A stretch of 64,000 nt of DNA from an uncultured Prolixibacteraceae bacterium (GTDB taxonomy: Bacteria > Bacteroidota > Bacteroidia > Bacteroidales > Prolixibacteraceae): positions 214 to 64,213 of the forward strand of contig CAZLZJ010000005.1 of the NCBI GenBank assembly GCA_964563975.1, in the 5' to 3' direction. Below are positions 10,674 to 20,453 of this stretch, piece after piece. Positions within the stretch are counted from its first letter, which is position 1; each line of letters opens with the position of its first letter. The notes beneath the pieces were generated by a model. The model did not search any database. It saw only the letters and a list, made by a program, of their open reading frames with translations, and was not told the DNA's origin. Position numbers and translations under genes: made by a program.

Positions 10674-12047
10674 ATGACTAAAAGAAGGGAGTTTATTAAA
10701 AAAAGTATGATAGGAACTGCAGGTATAGCAATAGGGGGAATGGGCCTTAGTGCTAAATCTTATGGTTCAATAGTTGGTGCTAACGAGCGTATTAATGTTG
10801 CAATTGTTGGGATAAGGGGAAGAGGTGGAGCTCATATTTCAGGTTTTTGCAGATTGAAAGAGAGTCAGAATGTGGTAATTAAAACACTTTGTGATGTTGA
10901 CGAAGAGCTTTTTGCCGATAGAATCAAGTCTGTCAGAGAGAGTACGGGAGATACCCCCGGAGCTGAATGGGATATGCGTAGGGTAATGGATGATAAAGAT
11001 ATCGATGCTCTTTCTTTTGCCACTCCAAATCATTGGCATGCATTGGGGACAATCCTGGCATGCCGGGCCGGAAAACATGTGTTAGTTGAAAAACCTGCCT
11101 CCCATAATGTTGCTGAAGGAAGAAAGATGATTGAAGCAGCCAGAAAATATAATGTAAGGGTGCAGGTGTGTTTTCAGAACAGATCATCCAAAATGGTTAT
11201 TGAGGCGATCAGGTTTCTTCATAATGGAGGCATAGGTGATGTATATATGGCAAGGGGATTATGTCTAAAGCCGCGCGATTCATTTGGTATTGCAAAAGAT
11301 AGTAATCCGCCTGCCACATTGCATTATGATGAGTGGTTAGGCCCTGCCCCGTGGAAGCCCTATAATGAAAAAAAATTGCATTATAACTGGCACTGGTTTT
11401 GGGATACAGGCAACGGAGATACCGGTAACCAGGGGCCTCATCAGTTTGACCTGGCAAGATGGGGGCTGAATAAAAATGAACATCCGGTATCTATAAGTTC
11501 AACGGGAGGTATTTTTGGCATTGATCCCAATGATTGTGCACAGGAAACTCCCAATACCCAGTCTTCTGTTTTTAAATATGCCGATGGCAAGATCATTGAA
11601 TTTGAGACACGCGGAAGGTTTACCAATGCGGAAGCAAGCCTGGGACTTACAGTGGGTAATATTTTTTATGGCACTGAAGGGTACATGGAATTAGGAGGCG
11701 GGCACTGGAAGGCATTCAGACAAAGAGAAGCTGAGCCCTTTGCAGGAACAGCCGTTAAGCCGGCAGGAGGCCGGCAGGAGGCTCCCGATACCGTTGGTGG
11801 TGTGCCTTCCGATCATTTTGGGAATTTTATTGAGGCTATACGGGCAGGTGATGACAGGCTTTTAAGATGTAATATTATTGACGGGCACTATTCATCGGCG
11901 CTTCCACATCTGGCTAATATTTCTTACAGACTGGAACGCAGCCTGAAGTTTATGGGTGATTATGAAAAATTTGCTAATGACCCGGAGGCAGATAATATGC
12001 TGACAAGAAAATACAGGTATCCATATATTATGCCTGATGAAATTTAA
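10674..12047 (+). CDS. TAT-exported Gfo/Idh/MocA-family oxidoreductase
   Basis: KRREFIKKSMIGTAGIAIGG leader. Rossmann motif VAIVGIRGRGGAH. Family-typical EKP motif (VLVEKPASHN). Confidence 0.85.
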   Translation: MTKRREFIKKSMIGTAGIAIGGMGLSAKSYGSIVGANERINVAIVGIRGRGGAHISGFCRLKESQNVVIKTLCDVDEELFADRIKSVRESTGDTPGAEWDMRRVMDDKDIDALSFATPNHWHALGTILACRAGKHVLVEKPASHNVAEGRKMIEAARKYNVRVQVCFQNRSSKMVIEAIRFLHNGGIGDVYMARGLCLKPRDSFGIAKDSNPPATLHYDEWLGPAPWKPYNEKKLHYNWHWFWDTGNGDTGNQGPHQFDLARWGLNKNEHPVSISSTGGIFGIDPNDCAQETPNTQSSVFKYADGKIIEFETRGRFTNAEASLGLTVGNIFYGTEGYMELGGGHWKAFRQREAEPFAGTAVKPAGGRQEAPDTVGGVPSDHFGNFIEAIRAGDDRLLRCNIIDGHYSSALPHLANISYRLERSLKFMGDYEKFANDPEADNMLTRKYRYPYIMPDEI

Positions 12048-12077
12048 CATAATCAATTTAAATTAATAGAGTTAAAG

Positions 12078-13136
12078 ATGAAAAAACAACCGGTTTATAT
12101 TTTAATTGCAACAATATTGCTCACAGTAGCATGCAGTTCAGGCGTGGGCGATAAAAATTTCACAGTGGCTATTGTTGATCATAGCTCTGAAAATAAAATT
12201 GAGGTAAAGATTAACAATAAACTTTTCACATCACTTTTGTGGGCCGATAACATAACCAAACCTGTTCTTCATCCTGTTTGTGCTCCATCCGGTACAGAAA
12301 TTACCAGGGGTTTTCCTTTAAACGCGAAGTTGGGCGAACGTATCGATCATGCTCATCAGATTGGTAACTGGTTTACATACGGTGATGTTGAAGGTTTTGA
12401 CTTTTGGGGTAACGGATCAAGAGGATTGGGAACATCTAATGAAAATGGAGGTTTTATAAAAAACCTGAAAATTGAAAAGATTTCCGGAGGTAAAGGGGAA
12501 GGGAAGTTAGTGACTTCAGCTGCATGGATATCTCCTTCAGGGGAAGAGTTGCTAAAAGAGAAGACTGTCTATTGTTTTATTGCTAAGCAGGAGGCCTGGA
12601 TTATAGACAGGATTACTACCCTGACAGCCGGTGATAAAGAGATTTCAATGCCGGATACAAAAGAGGGTATGTTTGGATTGCGTGTTGCACGGCAACTTGA
12701 ATTACCTGCCGGCGGTGATGTAACTGTTTATGGAGCCGGGGGGCAGCCGGTGAAGATTAAAGGAGCCGACGATATGAGTGTTACGGGTAATTACCTGAGT
12801 AGCGAAGGTATCACGGGCGAAAATGTTTGGGCAACACGGGCAAGGTGGATGGACCTTTATGGAACTATTGGTAATGAGAAAATTTCAATTGCCATATGTG
12901 ACCATCCGAAAAACCCCGGCTACCCAACTTACTGGCATGCCAGAGGATATGGGCTCTATTCTGCCAACCCGTTGGGATGGAACGATTTTACTTCAAAAAA
13001 AGAGCAATTTAATTTTAAAATCCAGGCAGGCCGGTCTGTTACTTTCCGGTATAGAACAATTATCAGTTCAGGTGCACACCTGAGTTCTGAACAGATAGAT
13101 GCGCTTACTGACGAATTTGCCGGTTTGTATAAATAA
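12078..13136 (+). CDS. PmoA-family (DUF6807-like) lipoprotein, function unknown
   Basis: Lipoprotein signal (LLTVACSSG). The block KPVLHPVCAPSGTEITRGFP...DHAHQIGNWFTYGDVEGFDFWG matches the remembered PmoA-family signature (KPYFHPL..PSG...DH.HH.G.WF..GDVNG.DFW). Confidence 0.6.
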   Translation: MKKQPVYILIATILLTVACSSGVGDKNFTVAIVDHSSENKIEVKINNKLFTSLLWADNITKPVLHPVCAPSGTEITRGFPLNAKLGERIDHAHQIGNWFTYGDVEGFDFWGNGSRGLGTSNENGGFIKNLKIEKISGGKGEGKLVTSAAWISPSGEELLKEKTVYCFIAKQEAWIIDRITTLTAGDKEISMPDTKEGMFGLRVARQLELPAGGDVTVYGAGGQPVKIKGADDMSVTGNYLSSEGITGENVWATRARWMDLYGTIGNEKISIAICDHPKNPGYPTYWHARGYGLYSANPLGWNDFTSKKEQFNFKIQAGRSVTFRYRTIISSGAHLSSEQIDALTDEFAGLYK

Positions 13137-13196
13137 CAGGCAATATATAAAGCCTGATATAAAAGAGCGCATTGCTCAATTAATAGAAAAGCAGCT

Positions 13197-15407
13197 ATGC
13201 CAAAATTTCCTCATTATTTGCAACCGGATGCAATGGATTGCGGTCCGGTTTGTCTTCGGATTGTGGCAAAATATTTTGGCAGGCACTATAATATAGATAC
13301 TTTAAGGGAGCTTACATGGAAAAGTCGTGAAGGAGTTTCCCTTCTTTCGATCAGCGACGCAGCTGAAAAGATAGGTTTCAGAACACAGGGAGTGAGGATC
13401 ACTGCTGAAAAGCTGCAAAAGATACAACTGCCTGCAATAATACATTGGGCACAGAACCATTTTGTGGTTTTATATAAAATAAAACAAAAAAAAAGAAGAG
13501 GAAAAAAAGAGGCACTATATTATATTTCAGATCCGGGTCATGGATTACTAAAGTATTCTGACAAAGAGTTTATTCGAATGTGGGCATCTTCGGAAATAGA
13601 AGGTGTACCTGCAGGGATTGCCCTTCTGATGGAACCTACATCCGATTTTTATATTGAGGAGGGTGAAAAAGTTGACAAAAAAGGATTTCAATATCTGTTT
13701 TCTTATTTAAGGCCATATAAGAAGCTGATTGTTCAGTTGTTAATTGGCTTCTTAACAGGAAGTGTATTGAGCCTTATTTTTCCTTTTCTTACTCAGGCAA
13801 TTGTTGATATAGGGATTTCAACAAATAATCTTAGTTTTATTGTGCTGGTGTTAATCGCACAGTTAGTGCTCACTTTAAGTCATACGGCCGTTGACTTTAT
13901 ACGGAGCTGGATAATGCTCCATACAGGAACAAGAGTGAGTATCTCTTTGATTTCAGACTTCCTTATAAAATTAATGAAATTGCCTGTACGCTATTTCGAT
14001 ACCAGGATGATTGGGGATATACGGCAACGAATAGACGATAACCAGAGGATCAGAAGCTTTCTGACAGGAAACCTTGTTAATATGTCGTTTGGTATCTTTA
14101 TATTTATAATATACTCATTCCTGATGGCATACTATAACCGGGTTATCCTGGCAATATTTTATGCAGGCGCTGTTTTATATATATTGTGGATTTTGCTGTT
14201 TCTTAAAAAAAGGAAGGAGCTTGATTACAGACGGTTCAGGGCAGCATCAGACGATCAGGGTAATTTATACCAGCTGATAACAGGAATTCAGGAGATTAAG
14301 CTAAATAATTGCGAGAAACAGAAGAGGTGGGAGTGGGAGAGGATTCAGGCCAGATTATTTAAGATTAATGTTAAAGGCTTGATGATTAATCAAAAGCAGC
14401 AGTCAGGATCAATTTTTATCAATCAGGTTACCAATATTCTGATATCATTTTTAGCTGCCAGAGAGGTGATTGATGGAAATATGACTTTAGGTATGATGGT
14501 AGCAATTCATTATATTTTAGGTCAGCTTAACAGTCCTGTGAATGAATTTGTCAGTTTTATACGTGCTGCACAGGATGCAGGGATAAGTTTGGAGAGGCTT
14601 GGCGAGATACACCGGCGCGAAGAGGAGGAGGGGCAAATGGAGGAAAAGATTCATGAGTTGCCACAAAATAGAAATATTACAATTACAAACCTCTCATTTT
14701 ATTATGAAGGACCGCGTATGCCAAAGGTTTTGAACGGTATTAACCTGGCTATTCCGGAAAATAAGATAACTGCCATAGTAGGAGTCAGCGGCAGTGGAAA
14801 AACAACTTTGATAAAAATGCTTTTGGGTTTTTATCCGCCGTTTGAGGGAAAGATTGAGGTTGGAGGCATTGATCTTCAGCAATTCAGTATGGAGATGTGG
14901 CGCAGCAAATGCGGTGCGGTAATGCAGGATGGTTTTATTTTTTCAGATACCATACTTGGAAATATTACAGTTGCAGATCATTCTCCCGACAAACAAAAAT
15001 TAAAAAAGGCCGTAAAAATTGCTAATATTGAAGAGTTTATCGAAGGGTTGCCTTTGAGATACAAAACAAAAATCGGACAAGATGGGATGGGCCTCAGTCA
15101 GGGGCAGAAGCAGAGAATGCTGATTGCCCGTGCCGTCTATAAAAATCCTCACTATATATTATTTGATGAAGCAACTAATGCCCTTGATGCAGGTAATGAA
15201 AAAGTAATAATGAATAATTTGTCAGAATTTTTTAAGGGACGTACAGTTTTGATTGTTGCTCACAGGCTTAGCACTGTAAAAAATGCTGATAATATTGTTG
15301 TGCTTGATAATGGTAATATTGCAGAGACAGGCACCCACCGGGAGCTTACCATAAAGAGGGGCATATACTATAACCTGATAAAAGATCAGCTTGAACTGGG
15401 TAATTAA
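13197..15407 (+). CDS. Peptidase-C39-domain ABC transporter (double-glycine leader processing exporter)
   Basis: N-terminal C39 domain with catalytic Cys (QPDAMDCGPVCL), His (NHFVVLY) and Asp (ISDPG). Six-TM domain. Walker A GVSGSGKTT, signature LSQGQKQR, Walker B ILFDEATNALD, H-loop VAHRLS. Confidence 0.93.
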   Translation: MPKFPHYLQPDAMDCGPVCLRIVAKYFGRHYNIDTLRELTWKSREGVSLLSISDAAEKIGFRTQGVRITAEKLQKIQLPAIIHWAQNHFVVLYKIKQKKRRGKKEALYYISDPGHGLLKYSDKEFIRMWASSEIEGVPAGIALLMEPTSDFYIEEGEKVDKKGFQYLFSYLRPYKKLIVQLLIGFLTGSVLSLIFPFLTQAIVDIGISTNNLSFIVLVLIAQLVLTLSHTAVDFIRSWIMLHTGTRVSISLISDFLIKLMKLPVRYFDTRMIGDIRQRIDDNQRIRSFLTGNLVNMSFGIFIFIIYSFLMAYYNRVILAIFYAGAVLYILWILLFLKKRKELDYRRFRAASDDQGNLYQLITGIQEIKLNNCEKQKRWEWERIQARLFKINVKGLMINQKQQSGSIFINQVTNILISFLAAREVIDGNMTLGMMVAIHYILGQLNSPVNEFVSFIRAAQDAGISLERLGEIHRREEEEGQMEEKIHELPQNRNITITNLSFYYEGPRMPKVLNGINLAIPENKITAIVGVSGSGKTTLIKMLLGFYPPFEGKIEVGGIDLQQFSMEMWRSKCGAVMQDGFIFSDTILGNITVADHSPDKQKLKKAVKIANIEEFIEGLPLRYKTKIGQDGMGLSQGQKQRMLIARAVYKNPHYILFDEATNALDAGNEKVIMNNLSEFFKGRTVLIVAHRLSTVKNADNIVVLDNGNIAETGTHRELTIKRGIYYNLIKDQLELGN

Positions 15408-15429
15408 TTAAAATATGTTTTACTGATAT

Positions 15430-16743
15430 ATGCCTGAACGAAGAGATAATTATACAGAGGAGGTGCATGAAATATTAGGTGCTCCTCCGGCCTGGATTGT
15501 CCGTTGGGGTATGACTGTAATACTAATGGTTATAGCTGTTATTTTGGCAGGGACATGGTTTTATAAATATCCCGATTTAATTCTTTCACGGATTACGATT
15601 CTTTCCGAAAATCCTCCTGTCAGGATAGTTGCCAGAGCAACCGGAAAGCTCGATGAGTTGTATGTAAAAAATAATCAAATAGTTTCTGCCGGCGAGGTTT
15701 TAGGTTATATTGAAAATAGTGCAAATTATTCGGATGCTTGCAGCCTTCTTATAAGATTGGATGAAATTTCAGATATCTTTCATCATAATTTAAATTTAAG
15801 AAGTATTAAATTCAGGGAAAATTATATACTTGGACAGTATCAACCCTTTTTCTCCTCTTTTATTAGTCAGCTGAAAAATTATCAGGATTTTTTGGACTTT
15901 AATCCTTATGACCAGCGCTCCGGGACATTGAAAAAGCAATTAGAGGATTATCGGTTGTTTTTTAAAAATTCGGAGGAGCAGACAGCAATACTGAAACAGG
16001 ATTATGAGCTTGCAGGGAGTCAGTTTTTTCGGGATTCGGTGCTGTATGTTCAAAAGATTATGACACCGTCTGATTATGAAATGTCAAAAGCCACCATGCT
16101 TAAGCAGAAGTTTACATACCACAATGCCGTGACGGGTTTGGCAGGAACAGAGATAATCATTAATAATCTTGAACAGCAGGTAAATGAGCAAAAAATTTTA
16201 AAAGCTGAGGCAGAGAACAGGCTGCTTGCAACTTTAAAAGAGAAATATGACAATTTGAAAAACCAGCTGATAGAGTGGGATCAATCCTTTATTTTGAAAA
16301 CACCGGTACCGGGACAGGTAACATTCAATAATTTCTGGAGTGCAAATCAGTTTGTTACATCAGGCGATGTCGTGTTTACTATTGTTCCGGTTGAAAAACA
16401 GCAGATTGTGGGGCGGGCAATGGTTCCGATCAGGGGGGCAGGAAAAATAACGTCCGGACAAAAAGTTAATATTAAGTTGGATAATTTTCCTCATATGGAG
16501 TATGGTATTTTGCAGGGCAAAGTGGTAAATATCTCAAAAGTGCCTGTAACTAAAGAAGATGGTATATTTTATACTGTCGAGGTCGGGCTTGTTAACAATA
16601 TGATAACAAACTATAATAAAGAGTTGCTGTTTAGTCAGGAGATGCAAGGTAGTGCAGAGATCATAACAAAAGATCGGCGGATGATACAAAGGGTGTTAGA
16701 TCCTTTGATTTCCCGATACCGGGAGAATATTTCGACACGATAA
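15430..16743 (+). CDS. HlyD-family membrane-fusion/adaptor protein
   Basis: N-terminal TM (WGMTVILMVIAVILAGTWF). Lipoyl-like hairpin (VKNNQIVSAGEVLGYIE), a long coiled-coil middle and a beta-barrel C-terminus. It sits 22 nt after the ABC gene. Confidence 0.85.
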   Translation: MPERRDNYTEEVHEILGAPPAWIVRWGMTVILMVIAVILAGTWFYKYPDLILSRITILSENPPVRIVARATGKLDELYVKNNQIVSAGEVLGYIENSANYSDACSLLIRLDEISDIFHHNLNLRSIKFRENYILGQYQPFFSSFISQLKNYQDFLDFNPYDQRSGTLKKQLEDYRLFFKNSEEQTAILKQDYELAGSQFFRDSVLYVQKIMTPSDYEMSKATMLKQKFTYHNAVTGLAGTEIIINNLEQQVNEQKILKAEAENRLLATLKEKYDNLKNQLIEWDQSFILKTPVPGQVTFNNFWSANQFVTSGDVVFTIVPVEKQQIVGRAMVPIRGAGKITSGQKVNIKLDNFPHMEYGILQGKVVNISKVPVTKEDGIFYTVEVGLVNNMITNYNKELLFSQEMQGSAEIITKDRRMIQRVLDPLISRYRENISTR

Positions 16744-16831
16744 TTACTCTGAAATTCAGATTGTTTTATTAGAACTTTTTTAATTTTTTTCAAAAAAGAC
16801 AAAAATTGGTTTGTTCTTTTCTGAAAATTAG

Positions 16832-16839
16832 TACTTTTG
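16832..16839 (+). promoter_or_regulatory. Candidate -7 promoter core TACTTTTG (distal copy) upstream of rpsL
   Basis: Exact TAnnTTTG match. It is part of the duplicated string TACTTTTGC. Confidence 0.35.
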
Positions 16840-16907
16840 CGTGCCGTTTTTAAAGGCGTCAAATGCTATTTGATAACAAAAAATATTGTTTTTAATAAAA
16901 TTTAACA

Positions 16908-16915
16908 TACTTTTG
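16908..16915 (+). promoter_or_regulatory. Candidate -7 promoter core TACTTTTG (proximal copy) upstream of rpsL
   Basis: Exact TAnnTTTG match 45 nt before the rpsL ATG. A TTG lies about 20 nt upstream. Confidence 0.45.
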
Positions 16916-16959
16916 CATTCCATTTTTGGAATGACATTTTAATAAAAAGACAGGTATTT

Positions 16960-17334
16960 ATGCCAACTATACAACAGTTAGTCAGAAAAGGAAGAAAAAG
17001 CAAGGTTGAAAAAAGCAAATCGCCTGCTTTAGACTCATGCCCGCAGCGTCGTGGCGTATGCGTACGTGTTTATACAACGACACCTAAAAAGCCTAATTCG
17101 GCAATGAGAAAAGTTGCAAGGGTAAGGCTGACCAACGGGAAAGAGGTAAATGCTTATATTCCCGGTGAAGGGCATAATTTGCAGGAGCACTCGATAGTGC
17201 TGGTGCGCGGAGGCAGGGTTAAAGATCTGCCGGGTGTAAGGTACCATTTGGTTCGTGGTGCACTGGATACAGCCGGCGTGGAGGGAAGGTCGCAGAGACG
17301 CTCTAAGTATGGGACAAAAAAACCTAAAAAATAG
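16960..17334 (+). CDS. rpsL: 30S ribosomal protein S12
   Basis: [12 protein letters not shown]...[16 protein letters not shown]. Confidence 0.98.
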   Translation: MPTIQQLVRKGRKSKVEKSKSPALDSCPQRRGVCVRVYTTTPKKPNSAMRKVARVRLTNGKEVNAYIPGEGHNLQEHSIVLVRGGRVKDLPGVRYHLVRGALDTAGVEGRSQRRSKYGTKKPKK

Positions 17335-17463
17335 CTGACAAAGGACAGATAATTTATTTGAAGTTGCAGTGGTTTGGTTGAGTAAGGTTATTATCCTGAA
17401 AAAAGAGATAGTAAAATACTGAAGACCGCCTCAGGGCAGCCAATTTAAATAACACTAATTGAA

Positions 17464-17940
17464 ATGAGAAAGACAAAACCGAAGAAGAGAATTTTACTCC
17501 CGGATCCTAAATACAACGATCTGTTGGTAGCAAGGTTCATTAATGATCTGATGAAAGATGGTAAAAAATCAGTAGCTTATTCTGTTTTTTATGATACATT
17601 GGATATTGTGGAAAAGAGGATTAAAGATACTGAACTGACACCTCTTGAGATATGGAAAAAAGCTCTTGAAAATATCACTCCGGCAGTGGAGGTTAAGAGC
17701 CGTAGGGTAGGCGGGGCCACTTTTCAGGTGCCTATGGAGATAAGGCAGGAGAGAAAAGTAGCCATCAGCATTAAAAATCTTATACTGTTTGCAAGTAAAC
17801 GATCAGGCAAGTCTATGTCTGACAAGCTTGCTGCAGAAATAATCGCTGCATATAATGGAGAAGGCGGGGCATTTAAGAAGAAAGAAGATACCCATCGCAT
17901 GGCCGAAGCTAACAGGGCTTTTGCCCATTTCCGCTTTTAG
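17464..17940 (+). CDS. rpsG: 30S ribosomal protein S7
   Basis: [24 protein letters not shown]...[12 protein letters not shown]; conserved position after rpsL. Confidence 0.97.
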   Translation: MRKTKPKKRILLPDPKYNDLLVARFINDLMKDGKKSVAYSVFYDTLDIVEKRIKDTELTPLEIWKKALENITPAVEVKSRRVGGATFQVPMEIRQERKVAISIKNLILFASKRSGKSMSDKLAAEIIAAYNGEGGAFKKKEDTHRMAEANRAFAHFRF

Positions 17941-17991
17941 GATGAAGAGTAATGATATTGTGGCAATTGCAGACAAGGGAATATATAAATT

Positions 17992-20103
17992 ATGGTTGTC
18001 CTGAATCTTAAAAATACCAGAAATATTGGCATTATGGCCCATATCGACGCCGGTAAGACAACGGTTTCCGAACGAATTTTGTTCTATACCGGGCTTACCC
18101 ACAGATTGGGCGAAGTACATGATGGCGCTGCTACCATGGATTGGATGGAACAGGAACAGGAGAGGGGTATTACCATCTCTTCTGCTGCAACAACTACATT
18201 TTGGAAATATAATGGTATTAATCATAAAATAAACCTGATAGATACACCGGGGCACGTTGATTTTACGGTAGAGGTAGAAAGGTCATTGAGAGTTCTTGAT
18301 GGAAGTGTTGCTCTTTTTTGTGCTGTCGGAGGTGTTGAAGCACAGTCTGAAACTGTTTGGCGACAAGCCGTAAAATATGGCGTACCCAGAATTGCTTTTG
18401 TTAATAAAATGGATCGGCAGGGAGCTGATTTTTTTAATGTATATAATGAAATTAAAGAAAAGCTTGCTGCAAACCCGGTGCCTCTCCAGATTCCCATTGG
18501 TTCCGAAGAGGCTTTTGAAGGGATCATTGACCTGGTTGAGATGAAGGCCGTTAGATGGTTAGAGGTTGAAAAACTGGGTGTTACCTACAACCTTGAGGAT
18601 ATACCCGAAGGTTTGCTCGAACTTGCAACTGAATGGAGAGGAAAACTGATTGAATCATTGGCAGAGATAGATGATGAACTGTTGAACAGCTATTTGGAAG
18701 ATCCGGAGTCAATTACAAAAGAGAATATATTTTCCGTTATCAGAAAAGGAACAATATCGGGTGCTATTATTCCAATGATGTGCGGGTCAGCATTTAAGAA
18801 TAAAGGTGTACAAAAGCTGCTTGACGCAATTTGTGCCTTTCTTCCCAGTCCGCTTGATGTTGGTGACGTCAAAGGTGTAAATCCGGTAATAAAAAAAGAG
18901 GTCAGGCGCTCACCCGATATTTCGGAGCCCATGGCAGCTTTGGCATTTAAGATTGCAACCGATACCTTTGTGGGGCGACTTGCTTATTTACGTGTATATT
19001 CAGGTAAAATAGAAGCAGGTTCGATGGTACTTAATACGCGGACAGGCAAGAAAGAGAGAGTTTCCAGATTATACCAGATGCATTCCAATAAACAGAATCC
19101 CAAAGATGTGATTGGAGCCGGAGATATTTGTGCAATTGTAGGATTTAAAGATATTAAAACCGGCGACACTCTTTGTGATGCTTCACATCCGATTGTTCTG
19201 GAAAGTATGAAATTTCCGGAACCTGTGATTGGAATTGCCGTTGAACCCAAGTCACAAAATGATTTAGATAAACTTTCTAACGGTTTATCAAAACTTGCAG
19301 AGGAAGATCCTACTTTTCAGGTCTTTGTTGATCCTGATTCGGGGCAGACCGTGATCAAAGGAATGGGTGAGCTGCATTTGGAGATAATAGTTGACAGACT
19401 GAGAAGGGAATTTCATGTGGAGTGTAACCAGGGGGCACCTCAGGTTTCATATAAAGAAGCAATCAGCCTGCCCGTTGAACACAGGGAGGTATTTAAGAAA
19501 CAGACTGGTGGTAAGGGTAAGTTTGCAGACATTATTGTCAGGATCGAGCCTGCCGAAAATGGGGTTGCCGGACTTGAATTTATTGATAATGTTAAAGGCG
19601 GTAATATACCGCGTGAATTCATTCCGGCAGTGCATAAGGGATTCAAAGATGTTATGTCTAATGGTCCGTTAGCCGGATATCCGGTAGATAACCTTAAGGT
19701 TACACTGCTTGACGGGTCATACCATGAAGTTGATTCAGACCAGCTCTCATTTGAGATTTGTGCCAAACAGGCATTCAGGCATGCTGCCGCAAAAGCCGGA
19801 CCTAAGCTGCTTGAGCCTGTGATGAAACTTGAAATAGTTACTCCCGAAGAGTATATGGGAGATATTATTTCAGATCTTAATCGCAGAAGAGGAGATGTAA
19901 CTGATATGCAGGCTAAAGGAAATGCAAAAGTTATTCATGCCCGTGTTCCTTTGGCTGAGCAGTTTGGATATGTGACAGTGTTAAGAACGTTATCTTCAGG
20001 CAGAGCAACATCTTCGATGGAGTTCAGTCACTATCAGGAGATCCCAAAAACACTTGCCGTCAAAGTATTGGAGAGTGTACAGGGAAGAGTTGATTTATTA
20101 TAA
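17992..20103 (+). CDS. fusA: Elongation factor G
   Basis: G-domain motifs [17 protein letters not shown] and NKMD. 703 aa, in the str-operon position. Confidence 0.97.
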   Translation: MVVLNLKNTRNIGIMAHIDAGKTTVSERILFYTGLTHRLGEVHDGAATMDWMEQEQERGITISSAATTTFWKYNGINHKINLIDTPGHVDFTVEVERSLRVLDGSVALFCAVGGVEAQSETVWRQAVKYGVPRIAFVNKMDRQGADFFNVYNEIKEKLAANPVPLQIPIGSEEAFEGIIDLVEMKAVRWLEVEKLGVTYNLEDIPEGLLELATEWRGKLIESLAEIDDELLNSYLEDPESITKENIFSVIRKGTISGAIIPMMCGSAFKNKGVQKLLDAICAFLPSPLDVGDVKGVNPVIKKEVRRSPDISEPMAALAFKIATDTFVGRLAYLRVYSGKIEAGSMVLNTRTGKKERVSRLYQMHSNKQNPKDVIGAGDICAIVGFKDIKTGDTLCDASHPIVLESMKFPEPVIGIAVEPKSQNDLDKLSNGLSKLAEEDPTFQVFVDPDSGQTVIKGMGELHLEIIVDRLRREFHVECNQGAPQVSYKEAISLPVEHREVFKKQTGGKGKFADIIVRIEPAENGVAGLEFIDNVKGGNIPREFIPAVHKGFKDVMSNGPLAGYPVDNLKVTLLDGSYHEVDSDQLSFEICAKQAFRHAAAKAGPKLLEPVMKLEIVTPEEYMGDIISDLNRRRGDVTDMQAKGNAKVIHARVPLAEQFGYVTVLRTLSSGRATSSMEFSHYQEIPKTLAVKVLESVQGRVDLL

Positions 20104-20126
20104 ATAATTATAACAGAGTTCTTACT

Positions 20127-20432
20127 ATGAACCAAAAGATCAGGATTAAATTAAAATCGTACGATCACAACTTAGTTGACAAGTCAGCTGAAAAGATCGT
20201 TAAAACAGTAAAATCGACGGGAGCAGTTGTAAGCGGGCCTATTCCGCTGCCTACTCATAAAAGAATTTTTACAGTTTTGCGGGCAACCTTTGTCAATAAA
20301 AAGTCAAGGGAACAGTTTGAACTGTCATCATATAAACGTTTGATCGACATTTACAGCTCAACAGCAAAAACCATTGACGCCTTGATGAAGCTGGAATTGC
20401 CCAGTGGCGTTGAAGTTGAAATTAAAGTATGA
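20127..20432 (+). CDS. rpsJ: 30S ribosomal protein S10
   Basis: [21 protein letters not shown]...; first gene of the S10 block. Confidence 0.97.
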   Translation: MNQKIRIKLKSYDHNLVDKSAEKIVKTVKSTGAVVSGPIPLPTHKRIFTVLRATFVNKKSREQFELSSYKRLIDIYSSTAKTIDALMKLELPSGVEVEIKV

Positions 20433-20453
20433 TAATGTTAAAAAAAGTCTAAA

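Noticed and set aside
13099-13296. 65-aa ORF just upstream of, and overlapping, the C39-ABC gene; considered as a possible bacteriocin precursor
   Set aside because: It overlaps the 3' end of the PmoA-like gene and the 5' end of the ABC gene in other frames. It has no GG, GA or GS leader-type motif at a sensible position.
17803-18255. 150-aa minus-strand ORF across the rpsG/fusA junction
   Set aside because: It is antisense to S7 and the EF-G G-domain, with no motif support. I treat it as a shadow ORF.
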